Assembly: GCF_018977255.1 (NCBI RefSeq)
Contig: NW_024704742.1
Span: 137,332,001 to 137,396,000 of the forward strand
Direction: 5' to 3'
Origin: Callorhinchus milii
Taxonomy: Eukaryota
DNA length: 64,000 bases
Shown here piece by piece: positions 51,992-62,953 of this stretch. Below the pieces are notes generated by a model. The model saw only the letters and a program-made list of their open reading frames with translations. It was not told where the DNA came from and made no database searches. A program made the position numbers and the translations under genes. Numbering within the stretch: the first letter of the stretch is position 1; each line of letters begins with the position of its first letter.

Positions 51992-54577
51992 CTGGGGAGA
52001 GAGGGAGAGAGAGAGAGAGAGAGTGTGTGAGGGAGGGAGAGAGACACACACGTACATACACACTCGTAAAGAGAGTCTGAGAAAGGGGATTTGGGGGAGG
52101 CAGAGAGAGAGGGGGAGACAGACAGAGAGGGAGGGAGAGACAGAAAGATAGAGAGAGAAAGAGGGAGAGATGGAGCGGGGCAGACAGAGAGATAGAGAGA
52201 AAGAGGGAGACACAGAGAGAGAGAGAGAGAGAGATAGACGGGGACAGGCAGACAGAGAAAGAGAGAGGGGGAGAGAGATAGAGACCCACAGAGGGAGTCA
52301 GAGAAAGAGAGAGCATGACAGAAAGAGGGAGAGAGAACAAGAGAGAACAATAAAATCACTAGGTCTTGAGCGGCCATCTCCCTCTCTCTCTCTCTGTCAT
52401 CCGTGCCAGAAGTTTATGCCCCCCATGCCCGCGCCCACCCACTCCCAGGCTTCCTTTCTCCCATTGCGGGGGCTTCAACCCCAGGTACACAGACAGAAAC
52501 CCATCACCGTGAAACTATGTGAAACTATCACACGTGTCTGTCATCTACACATGGAAATCTCCCAGTGTCTGGAATGCAATCCGCACTCTCTCCCTGGAGG
52601 GACGCCCCCTGCTTACCTAGTTCCGGAAAGTATTAGGCGCAGGTTGGCAGGAGCCAAGGCCTGGGGGGAGCCCAGAGTGTGCGTTGGGGTAACTGCTGGA
52701 GTCCAACCAGCTAAACCAACATGACTTGGCCATTGAGAGCGCTGTCTGGCAGCTTCCCCGCTGCTTGTCCAGCCAGGACCACCCTCCCCGTTAGTTAGGG
52801 CTTTGGCTGTAGGGTTAACAGGAGCTGAGGGGGAGGATTCCCGGCCCCCAGTGACTGGTCGGCCCTTCCAGGTCCTGCCGCTGAGCCGGGCCGGGCTGTG
52901 CTGCCATCAGCAGCGAGTGCCCTGGAATCCTGAGGACCTGCCCGGCTCTGGAACCAAACCGGAGGGTGGACAGAGGGTGGTTCCAACATTCCGTTGCCAA
53001 ACTTGTCACTTTTGGGCCAGTTCAGCTACAGGGAGACCCCGTACCCACTCAGACAGTCACCAGTTGATTAGACAAGTGCAAGTTTAACCTCTCACTCACT
53101 GGTCAGGGACCAGACAATCGCCCTATAGTAGGGTGGTGCAACTGGCGGCCCGCGGGCCGCATTCGGCCCAGGGGATTATTCTATCTGGTCCACGAACCAT
53201 TCCCAGCTTCATGGCCCGACGAGCAAACCCAGGCGACACGCAGGGCCCGAGCCAATCAGGGCACGGTCACCGGGGGCACAGGCTCCGCCCAACAACAGGA
53301 CTGGCCAATCAGGAGACGGTCACCGGGATCACAGGCACCGCCCACCAACGGGACTGGCCAATCAGGACAAGATATTGCGGCCCGTGGTTCACATGTGGCT
53401 CTCAGCAGCCAAGGAGGTTGTCCCCTGGTCTAATGGGGCAGCGAGAATGGTACCATCGCCCACAACCTCCCAGTCGGACCCCGGCCCCTGTACTAACCAC
53501 TCACACCCACCTCACGTCGTCTCCCTCCGCCAACGTGCTGAGACACACAGTGCAGCGCTCGTCCCCATCCGTCTCCCCCGCACTGCTCTCCCACTGGCGT
53601 CTCTGTAACAGTCACAGCTCATCATCACGTGGCGCGTCTCAACAGTTTGCTCTCACACGTGGAGGGGGTGGGGACCAGAGGGGGTGGGGGGAATGGAGGG
53701 GGTGGCGGGGGGTGTGGGGGGGAAAACAGGGGGTGAGGAAACGCGTGTGGGTGGGGTAAGGGTCTGCTCCGGATTAGGGAAGCGCTCCGGAACCCTACCC
53801 CGGGTGAAGGGCGCTATATAAGTGCAAGTTGTTGCTGCGTCACCTTGCTGTACTTGTGTGGGAAGGTGCACCTCTCAATGCTGTCTGGCCCGAGCCCTTG
53901 TCTCACACTCCCCACTCGTTCCTCCAACTGCAACAACTCCTGAAGAATAGAAGCACAACAATATTAATAGCAATATTAAAAATATCAATAATAATAATCC
54001 TGGCATTGGACACAGCGCCTTCGAGACGTCCCAAAGCGCTTCACAGGATATACTGTAAAGTGTATTGACTGTGTATTTTGTGAGCGAAACCCAAAGTAAT
54101 CAATAATATTGACAATAATAATCCTCACATTCGATACAGCGCCCACAACATCAACAACATCTCATCAACAACAACACATTACATTTACACGGCACCTTTC
54201 ACGTCGGGAGGACGTCCCAAGGCACTGGACGGTCAGGGATTTGGACCCGAGCTGGGGGTTGGATCAGGAGGCGTGGAGAGCAGGAGGGTGGGGGAAGAAG
54301 CGTGAGACAGGCCATGAAGGAGATAAGGGGGGGAGGGAGGGGGCAAGATGGCAGAGCTCAGGGATGGAGATCCAGAAGGTGGGGGCAGAGAGGCTGAAGG
54401 CCCGACCGCCGATAGTGCAGGTCAGGGCGGGGGATGTGGCACAGGGCAGTGCCGGCCGAGCAGAGGGAGCAGTTGGATTGATAGTGATCGGCCACAAAAC
54501 ACACAGTCACTACACTTTATAGTAGATACTGTAAAGAACTTTCATACCTCCTCCCGACATAAAAGACTTTACATCAA

Positions 54578-54619
<42 letters not shown>

Positions 54620-57600
54620 AGTGACCATGTATTTTGTTGGTAAATGCAGCAGGTAACTTGCACACAGCAACGTCCCACAAACAGCCATGGAGTGGATGAG
54701 CAATAATATCTGGGGGATTATTGCCAAAGCACTGGGACAGAGGAACTGCCTTCTTTTTTCGCAGAATCTTTGACGTCCGCCTGAACAGGGCACAGAATGA
54801 GGTTTTACATCTCATCAGAAGGATGGCGTCTCCATCAATGCAGCTCTCTCTCTCTCTCCCCCCCCCCCAGCGCTGCCCTGGAGCATCAGCCTGGACTGTG
54901 AGCCTGGAGTCACCGTTGGTTGTGAGAGTGTAACTGACCCGGTAGCTATCCCTGACGGGAGGGCTCTGCCCTGGATGTAGCCCGTGGAGTGTGAGCAGGT
55001 GTAGGTGGGAATAGTGGTGGTTCCTCACGCCAGGAACAACCTGGGAAAGCAAGATAATTATATTAATAATAATAATAATCCTTGACGGGTTGACTGTGTT
55101 GGCCAGCATTAGGGAGAGGAGGGGGGTTGGATGACCAAAAACTGGGTGGGGAGGGGGTCTAGGCACAGATGGTGCGCTTGATCTAGGACATGGTGGTTGA
55201 GAGTGAGGTGGGAGTAATTGGGGCAAAGGAGTTTAGGGGACGTGGTGGAAGAAGGGGTTGGTGTAGACTGTACAGGGGTTGAAGAAGGGCATGTAGGGGA
55301 GGAGGATGCAGCCAAGGGAATGATTTCAATCTTCACATAAAGAAGTCAAGGACCTCTTCGGACTTGGCGTTTGAGGTGAGGATAGAGTTAGCTTTTTTTT
55401 GGGGGGGGGGGGGCTGGGTGTGGCGGGTGTAGAGAGGGTGGAGGAGATGATGGATGGTGCGGAACAATGTCTTTGGGATGTTTTTGGCAGATACCATCTG
55501 TGCACACGGTGACGGGAAACGGAGGAGCAGGACCCACCAGAGACAGGGATCTGGAGATAAACTGCCCCCTGGAGGTCACCAGGTAGAAGCGCTGGTGGAC
55601 AGGCAGCAGATGGGAGTGAGGGAGAGCCAGGTTGGCCTCCAGGCTGATGTCCCTGAAACAACAAACAAGAGAATCAAGAGAGGAAGAACCCTTGAACACT
55701 CCCTCTCACCCTCTCTCCATCTTTAAATCCCAACCTTATAATAATAGTAATCCTTGCATTTGACATAGTGCCTTATTTTATCGTTACGTCTTAAAGCGCT
55801 TCACAGAATATACTGTAAAGTGTGTACTTTGTGGGCGAAACACGATACCCATTACACACAGCAGTGGATTGAGCGATGATTTTGTTTTGCGTGGGGGAGT
55901 TATCACCCCTGCAAAGCGATCCGCCAATCGACTAACAACTGGGTTCCTCCTTACTGCTGGGTAAGCAGAGCCGTGTGGAGCAAGGAAACTTGCCTAAGGT
56001 TTTGCCCCGCCCGGGTCCTCTCGCTTGCGAGACGAGTGCTCTAACCACTCTTCTACAGGACTCCTTGCAAGTTGTTGTTGGTGCAAATCCTCTCGTCAGA
56101 CTCTCCCCTTCCCCTCCCCGCTGCTCTCTATTCCCCTCGTCATTGTGAGACGGTTGTTAACCAAACCCTCCCATTTGATACAGCGCCTTATCACGTCTCA
56201 CAGTTTTCACAGCAATGGTTGTCGGGTGTAGTGACTGTATTTGTGGACGTAGATGAGAGACGCTCTGTAAGTGCCGGTTGGGGTTGAACATACCAGTCGG
56301 TGCCCTCGGCCAGGTAGCGGGGCTGCCCCCCCGGCGGGGTCCTAGGGGGGACGAGGTCGAACGGCCGTCGCAGTCGGTATGAGTACGGGGGGATCCTGCC
56401 CGGACTCCGTCTGAGACAACACAAGGAAAGACCCTCGTAACGTACAGACCACAGAGCGTTCAGTGTCAGCGTCAGACACACACGGAAACCCAGCACCAAG
56501 CGGCATCTCACGCTCTGGAATCAGGCAATCAGGGGGAGAGAGAGAGAGCACGAGAAAGAGAGAGAGTGCGCGAGAGAGAGAGTCCTGTAGCTCAGTGGTT
56601 AGAGCACTCGCTTTGCAAGCGAGAGACCGGAGTTCAATTCCAGGCAGAGGGCGAAACCTTGGGCAAGTTTCCTTACTCCACACAGAGCCTAATAATAATC
56701 CCTCCAAAACCAAAAACAATAATAAATTGGTCATTTTCAGTCCACGACTGTTTGTGGGACATTGCTGTGTGCAATTGGCTGCCGCGTTCGCCCACAAATA
56801 TACAGTCAATTCACTTTACAGTGTGTTCTGTGAAGCGCTTTGGGACGTCCTCCCGACGTGAAAAGCACTATATCAAATGCAAGGATTATTATTATTATTA
56901 TAGAGTGCGCATTGCAGACTAAACACAGAGAAATTACCAGGGAAATGTGTAGTAACCATGTATAAATGTGTGGAATTCTCAGTGTGTCACACCCCCGGCT
57001 GATCACGGTGATGGGTTTCTCTGTGTGTCACACCCCCGGCTGATCACGGTGATGGGTTTCTCAGTGTGTCACACCCCCGGCTGATCACGGTGATGGGTTT
57101 CTCTGTGTGTCACACCCCCGGCTGATCACGGTGATGGGTTTCCTTGTATGTCAGACAAACAATAACACATACTCTACCTGGGGATTGCCAGAACCCTCTG
57201 GTGTTGGGCTTCCATCAGGTGACGGTGGAGTGACTGTGGTGTGAGACTGGGCACAGGTTGGTACTGGGAGCTCGGCGAGGGTGGGGCGAGGCGTGGGAGG
57301 GGAAACTCTGGCCTGTGGGAGAGCCGGAGGGGCTGGCAGGAGACGGGCAGCTCGTGATAAGACCTCGACACGTGGAGACCTGCGGGGGGGGGGCGGTGGG
57401 CAGTGGGGAGAAAGCGAGAGTGAGAACAACATACATTTCATGACGGACATCATTACCCCAGCGTCAACTACCCCATCAGTGGTCAGGCATTCAGCCTCTC
57501 TGCCCCCACCATCTGGACCTCCATCTCACAGTCCCTTCGCCTCATCCCCTCCCTTGCCCCCTTCAAGGCCTGTCTCAAGAGCTTCCTTTTCGACCGTGCC

Positions 57601-59336
57601 TTTGGCCATCTTGCCTCCCCCCCCTTCTCTGATCCCAGCCCATAGCTCGGACTCAAACCCCGTATTGTCCAGCGCCTTGGAAGGTCTATACGCTCACTGT
57701 AGCCTTTCCCATGATGTCTGTGCTGGTGCTCGCTCCCCCCCACTGGAGATCTTTACTCTAACCCCATCCCCTGCTCCCCCAACCATTGTGTCTGTGCTGG
57801 TATTCGCTTCCCACTGGAGCTCTCTACTCTAACCCCATTCCCTGTTCTCTCCCCATCGTGTTCTCTCCACCACTGGAGCTCTCTACTCTAACCCCATTCC
57901 CTGCTCTCTCCCCATGGTGTCTGTGCTGGTGCTCACTCCCCCACTGGAGCTCTCTAACCCCATTCCCTGCTCTCTCCCCATCGTGTCTGTGCTGGTGCTC
58001 ACTCCCCCACTGGAGCTCTCTAACCCCATTCCCTGCTCTCTCCCCATCGTGTCTGTGCTGGTGCTCACTCCCCCACTGGAGCTCTCTAACCCCATTCCCT
58101 GCTCTCTCCCCATCGTGTCTGTGCTGGTGCTCATATTTAAGTGAAAAACCGTCACAGAGGCTGAGACTGGAGGAAATTTGGGGTCTCAGAAGAGAAAACA
58201 CAGAGACACAGACATATTCCTACACACACACCAACACATACATACACGCATACATACAATGTATACATACATATGACATGCCTACACACACATACAATAA
58301 TAATCCTTGCATTTGATATAGTGTCTGATCACTTCATTGAGACACCTCAAAATAATAGTATAAAGTGAATTGACTGTACATTTTGTGGGCGAAACCCCAC
58401 AGCTAATTACACGCAGGAATGTCCCACAAACAGTTGTGGATTGAGTGACTAAATTATTATGTGATTCCAAATCTGGGGATTATATCCACAACCTTCGGAC
58501 TCAAGAGGTGAGAGTGCTACTAGCGGGCAAGCTGACACACACACACACATGTATATATACATACATACACATACATATGCACACACACACATTCATGACA
58601 ACAACTTGCATTTATATAGGGTCCTTTACGTGGGGCAGAATCGCAAAGCACTTAAATACATACATATTCACACACACACACACACACATGTATACATTCA
58701 GACACATATACACACACAGTTAGTTACACACACATAAATACACACACACACACACACACACATCGGAATAGGTACCGAGAGCATTGCGCATAGATTTTAG
58801 ATGGGACAACAAAACACAAAGCAGCTTACACTCCATTAACCGTTACGTTACAGCCGAACAAACCCTCAGGACTTACAAGAGTAAAGAACGCCGCAGTTTT
58901 TGTTGACAAGAGGAGAGCGAGAGAGAGGGACAGAGACGCGGAGAGGAAACCTGTCATTTCAGGAATCAACAGAAGCACAATTCACAAGTTAGGGAAATCA
59001 GACAGAACATCAGCACAGCATCGTGTTAGAGCCTTGGCTTTAAGAGGACAGGAGCCGGGGCTCGTTAACAAGGAAAAGGGAATCCCTCTCTCTCTCTCTC
59101 TCTCTCTACAGCTGAAAGAAACACAAAGAGCGTGGACTCAGCCCCAGCGCAGGATGAGAGGAGGAGAACTGTCCTCACAGACCCACACACACCACAGCGG
59201 GTGGAGGGAAGGTGTAAGATGTGACGAGGACGGATGGGGTTTCTTGCATTTCTACCCGGTTTCTGAAGGTTGTACCTCTGTTCCTCACAGCCTCAAACAC
59301 AGGCAGAACCAGGTATCCCACAGGCACCGCAGCCAT
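51874..59336 (-). CDS. RNF165: RNF165/ARK2C (Arkadia-like) RING-H2 E3 ubiquitin ligase, whole gene span, 8 coding exons, 300 aa
   Basis: First exon [21 protein letters not shown] (human [21 protein letters not shown] as recalled), [30 protein letters not shown] and an intact RING-H2 ([20 protein letters not shown]). Exons total 903 nt in frame. It lies tail-to-tail with LOXHD1, as in mammals. Confidence 0.9.
53129..53426 (+). mobile_element. hAT-like non-autonomous DNA transposon (MITE)
   Basis: Ends TAGGGTGGTGCAAC..GCGGCCCGCGGGCCGC and GGTTGTCCCCTG are typical hAT termini; a related 3' end is at ~23545-23600. Confidence 0.55.
53511..53602 (-). CDS. RNF165: RNF165-like exon 7 (RING N-terminal half)
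   Basis: cag|[31 protein letters not shown]|gtgggt. Confidence 0.9.
53844..53939 (-). CDS. RNF165: RNF165-like exon 6
   Basis: cag|[32 protein letters not shown]|gtgacg. Confidence 0.9.
54939..55040 (-). CDS. RNF165: RNF165-like exon 5
   Basis: cag|[34 protein letters not shown]|gtcagt. Confidence 0.83.
55538..55652 (-). CDS. RNF165: RNF165-like exon 4
   Basis: cag|[38 protein letters not shown]|gtgggt; phases fit. Confidence 0.78.
56294..56410 (-). CDS. RNF165: RNF165-like exon 3
   Basis: cag|[39 protein letters not shown]|gtatgt. Confidence 0.87.
56579..56900 (+). mobile_element. Young family-A SINE
   Basis: Same subfamily; inserted after a GA-rich tract in RNF165-like intron 2. Confidence 0.87.
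56978..57156. repeat. 41-bp tandem repeat, 4 copies
   Basis: GTGTGTCACACCCCCGGCTGATCACGGTGATGGGTTTCTC(T/A). Confidence 0.9.
57178..57379 (-). CDS. RNF165: RNF165-like exon 2
   Basis: cag|[17 protein letters not shown]...[21 protein letters not shown]|gtagag. Confidence 0.8.
57705..58133 (+). repeat. Family M minisatellite, second array
   Basis: Same unit as the 26055 array, some copies with a 5-bp deletion. Confidence 0.9.
59276..59336 (-). CDS. RNF165: RNF165-like coding exon 1
   Basis: gagg[24 protein letters not shown]|gtacaa, 61 nt. Confidence 0.88.
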
Positions 59337-59452
59337 CCTCAGGCTTTGTTACTGAGGCACACAGATGGCTGTAGGACAGCTGACTCTCAGCAACTCAACC
59401 CCCCACCACCGTCTGTCCCATTCAACTGGGGGCGGGCACTCCCCTCACTGAG

Positions 59453-60110
59453 CCCTGCCAATCAGCAAACTCTGCCCATCACTGTCCTGCCAACCACTGT
59501 CCTACCAATTACTGCCCTGCCAATCACTGAGCCAATCACTGCCCTGCTAATCACTGACCTGCCAATCACTGCCCTGCTAATCACTGACCTGCCAATCACT
59601 GCCCTGCCTGCGCTGCCAATCACTGAGCCAATCACTGAGCCAATCACTGACCTGCCAATCACTGACCTGCCAATCACTGACCTGCCAATCACTGCCCTGC
59701 CAATCACTGACCTGCCAATCACTGCCCTGCCAATCTCTGAGCCAATCACTGCCCTGCCAATCACTGAGCCAATCACTGCCCTGCTAATCACTGCCCTGCC
59801 AATCACTGCCCTGCCAATCACTGCCCTGCCAATCACTGCCCTGCCAATCACTGAGCCAATCACTGCCCTGCCAATAACTGCCCTGCCAATCACTGCCCTG
59901 CCAATCACTGAGCCAATCACTGTCCTGCCAATGACTGCGCTGCCAATCAGAGCCAATCATTGCCCTGCCAATCACTGAGCCAATCACTGCCCTGACAATG
60001 ACTGAGCCAATCACTGCCCTGCCATTCACTGAGCCAATCACTGCCCTGCCAATCGCTGAGCCAATCACTGCCCTGCCAATCACTGAGCCAATCACTGCCC
60101 TGCCGATCAC
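59453..60110. repeat. 12/15-bp CCAAT-box minisatellite (GCCAATCACTGCCCT / GCCAATCACTGA)n
   Basis: About 38 CCAAT pentamers by manual count, starting ~120 bp upstream of the RNF165-like ATG. Confidence 0.92.
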
Positions 60111-60454
60111 CTCCACTTCAGGTCCACCTATCCAGGTGCGACGCTAACGGGGCATTACCGCCCTCCCCTCCGGGTGAGGGGGGTTTCCTTTCATGCCCAG
60201 GACCCTGGTCTCAGAGCCCAGACCGACTCACACTCTGGTCCAGTTTTGCCGATCACTGAGCCGAGACGTTGTCCCGTGAGACACCAAAATGGTTTTCACC
60301 GTCTGGAGAAGGGAGTTTCTGGGTATTTGGGTCCACAATACTGATTACTGTTCACCATTTCATGGCTGTTTGCGAGACTTTGCTGTGAGGCATTAAACTT
60401 GTGGTACCACCATCAGCGGTCAGACTTTCAGCCTCTCTGCCCCCGCCCTCTGGC

Positions 60455-60485
<31 letters not shown>

Positions 60486-60753
60486 GCATTTGACATAGCG
60501 CTTTTTACGTCGGGAGAACACACCGTAAAGTGAATTGACTATATTTGTGGGCGAACGCGGCGGCCAATTGCGCACAGCAATGTCCCACAAACAGTCGTGG
60601 ATTGAAAATCACCAATTTATTATTGTTTTTGGTTTTGGAGGATTATTATTAGGCTCTGTGTGGAGTAAGGAAACTTGCCCAAGGTCTGCCTGGGATTGAA
60701 CTCAGGTCTCTCGCTTGCAAAGCGAGTGCTCTAACCACTGAGCTACGGGACTC
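60455..60753 (-). mobile_element. Young family-A SINE with internal deletions
   Basis: Reverse complement of the same subfamily with an (AAT)n tail. Confidence 0.83.
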
Positions 60754-61239
60754 CATCCTGGAGTCCTTCTGTCTCGCCCTCTCTCTCTCGTCCCTTTCAA
60801 CACCCATCTCAAGGCCTTCCTCTTTGACCGTTCCTTCGGTCGTCTTCCCTGCTCCACAACCCCCCACCGCCCTCCACCCTTCTCTGATCCCAAACCCCAC
60901 ATCGGATGCAAACCACCCTTTTGACTGTCCAGCGCCTTGCGACGTCCTCCCAACGTGAAAGGCGCTGTGCAATTGCACTTTGTTGTTGTTAACAGTGCCA
61001 TCGTTTGGCTGACAGGTTAAATCGAGGTTCCATGTTTGTTCAGCTGTAACACAAACGTACAAAGGGAAAGGGAGTTTCTTGCTCGTGAGGTCCTGGCCAA
61101 CAATCGCTCAGGTACAACTGGTCACTTGATGCCTCTTTGTGGCCCAATGCTGCGTGGAAATTAGTTTATGTGGTGCTTTCTGATGATTTGACTTTGTGAT
61201 TAGGATATCAAATACAGGAATTTTTATAAAAAGTTTGGA

Positions 61240-62690
61240 ATTAGAGAGCTCCAGTGGGGGAGAGAGCACCAGCACAGACACGATGGGGAGAGAGCAGGGA
61301 ATGGGGTTAGAGTAGAGAGCTCCAGTGGGGGAGCGAACACCAGTACAGACACGATGGGGGGAGAGCAGGGAATGGGGTTAGAGTAGAGAGCTCCAGTGGG
61401 GGAGCGAGCGCCAGCACAGACACGATGGGGAGAGAGCAGGGAATGGGGTTAGAGTAGAGGGCTCCAGTGGGGGAGCGAACACCAGTACAGACACGATGGG
61501 GGGAGAGCAGGGAATGGGGTTAGAGTAAAGGGCTCCAGTGGGGAAGCGAACACCAACGATGGGCCGATTGTATTCTTTGTTGCAGACCAAGAACGAGGCA
61601 CAGATTGCCAGCAATCAGGGGGTGGGGGGAGCGCTGGTCTGAAAGGAGAGGAGACAATAGAATATAAAGGGAGAACAGCTGTGCTGGTTTTGTTGTGTGC
61701 GTGATGTTGTCCTCAAGGCGCGGAGGGAAACAGGTGGAACACAATGTAATCACACTCTGCGTGACCTGATCTCAATGTGCTGGAGTCGAGCCCTGATCAG
61801 GAGTTCAGTTCCTACAACCTCTATCCATCAGCGTTAAACTCTGGGGGAGGAGGAAAGGGAGAGCAGGAGAATGCGATTAGAGAGCTCCAGTGGGGAGAAT
61901 TAGTACTACTCAATAGTTATACAGCGACTTTCACGTCAGGGGGACGTCTCAAAGAACTTTACTCTGTTAACTGGGCACCTGAGCTGGGGGTTGGGGTGCA
62001 AACAGACACGATGGGGAGAGAGCAGGGAATGGGATTAGAGAGCTCCAGTGGGGGGGAGAGAGAGAGCAGGGAATTGGATTAGAGAGCTCCAGTGGGGGGA
62101 GAGAGCAGGGAATGGGATTAGAGAGCTCCAGTGGGGGGAGAGAGAGAGCAGGGAATTGGATTAGAGAGCTCCAGTGGGGGGAGAGCAGGGAATGGGATTA
62201 GAGAGCTCCAGTGGGGGGAGAGAGAGTAGGGAATTCGATTAGAGAGCTCCAGTGGGGGGAGAGCAGGGAATGGGATTAGAGAGCTCCAGTGGGGGGAGAG
62301 AGAGCAGGGAATTCGATTAGAGAGCTCCAGTGGGGGGAGAGAGAGCAGGGAATTGGATTAGAGAGCTCCAGCGGGGGGAGAGAGCAGGGAATGGGATTAG
62401 AGAGCTCCAGCGGGGGGAGAGAGCAGGGAATGGGATTAGAGAGTTCCAGTGGGGGGAGAGAGAGAGAGCAGGGAATTGGATTAGAGAGCTCCAGCGGGGG
62501 GAGAGAGCAGGGAATGGGATTAGAGAGCTCCAGTGGGGGGAGAGAGAGAGAGCAGGGAATTGGATTAGAGAACTCAGGTCTCTCACTTGCAAAGCGAGTG
62601 CTCTAACCGCTGAGCTACAGGACTCCACACTCCTACAGGAATGGGATTAGAGAGATCCAGTGGGGGAAGAGAGCACCAGCACAGACACGA
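61240..62690 (-). repeat. Family M minisatellite arrays in reverse orientation (66-bp units at 61240-61560; ~40-bp deleted units at 62000-62570)
   Basis: GAGAGCTCCAGTGGGGGAGAGAGCAGGGAATGGGATTAG repeats are the reverse complement of the family M unit. Confidence 0.9.
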
Positions 62691-62947
62691 TTTGACGAAT
62701 GGCTTCCTCTGGCAGTGTCGATGACTGACCTCCCCCTCTTCTCTGCCTCGGCTTCCATTCCCGTGCAGTGCTCGAGCTGTTACCCTATGTGACGGACGCT
62801 GTGTAAATGATGCTGTTGGTCTCAACGGAGCGACGTGATCCGAGGTTACAGCTGTGACAGAAACACGCGCACACTGACACACACTCACGCGCACACTTTG
62901 CACAAACAGACACAAAGCCTTCACCGACATTGTTTAAAAGTTAAACC

Positions 62948-62953
62948 TTTATT
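62948..62953 (-). terminator. Poly(A) signal of an upstream minus-strand gene (3'UTR ~62930-63900)
   Basis: Minus-strand AATAAA followed by a GT-rich downstream element, ending about 1 kb of unique, UTR-like sequence. Confidence 0.45.

Noticed and set aside
51874..59336. Assignment as RNF111/Arkadia
   Set aside because: It lacks the long SIM-containing N-terminus, has the RNF165-specific first exon and C-terminus, and lies next to LOXHD1.
59034..59978. 314-aa ORF with ITALP repeats
   Set aside because: It is the translation of the CCAAT minisatellite, antisense to RNF165-like exon 1, and has a non-ATG start.
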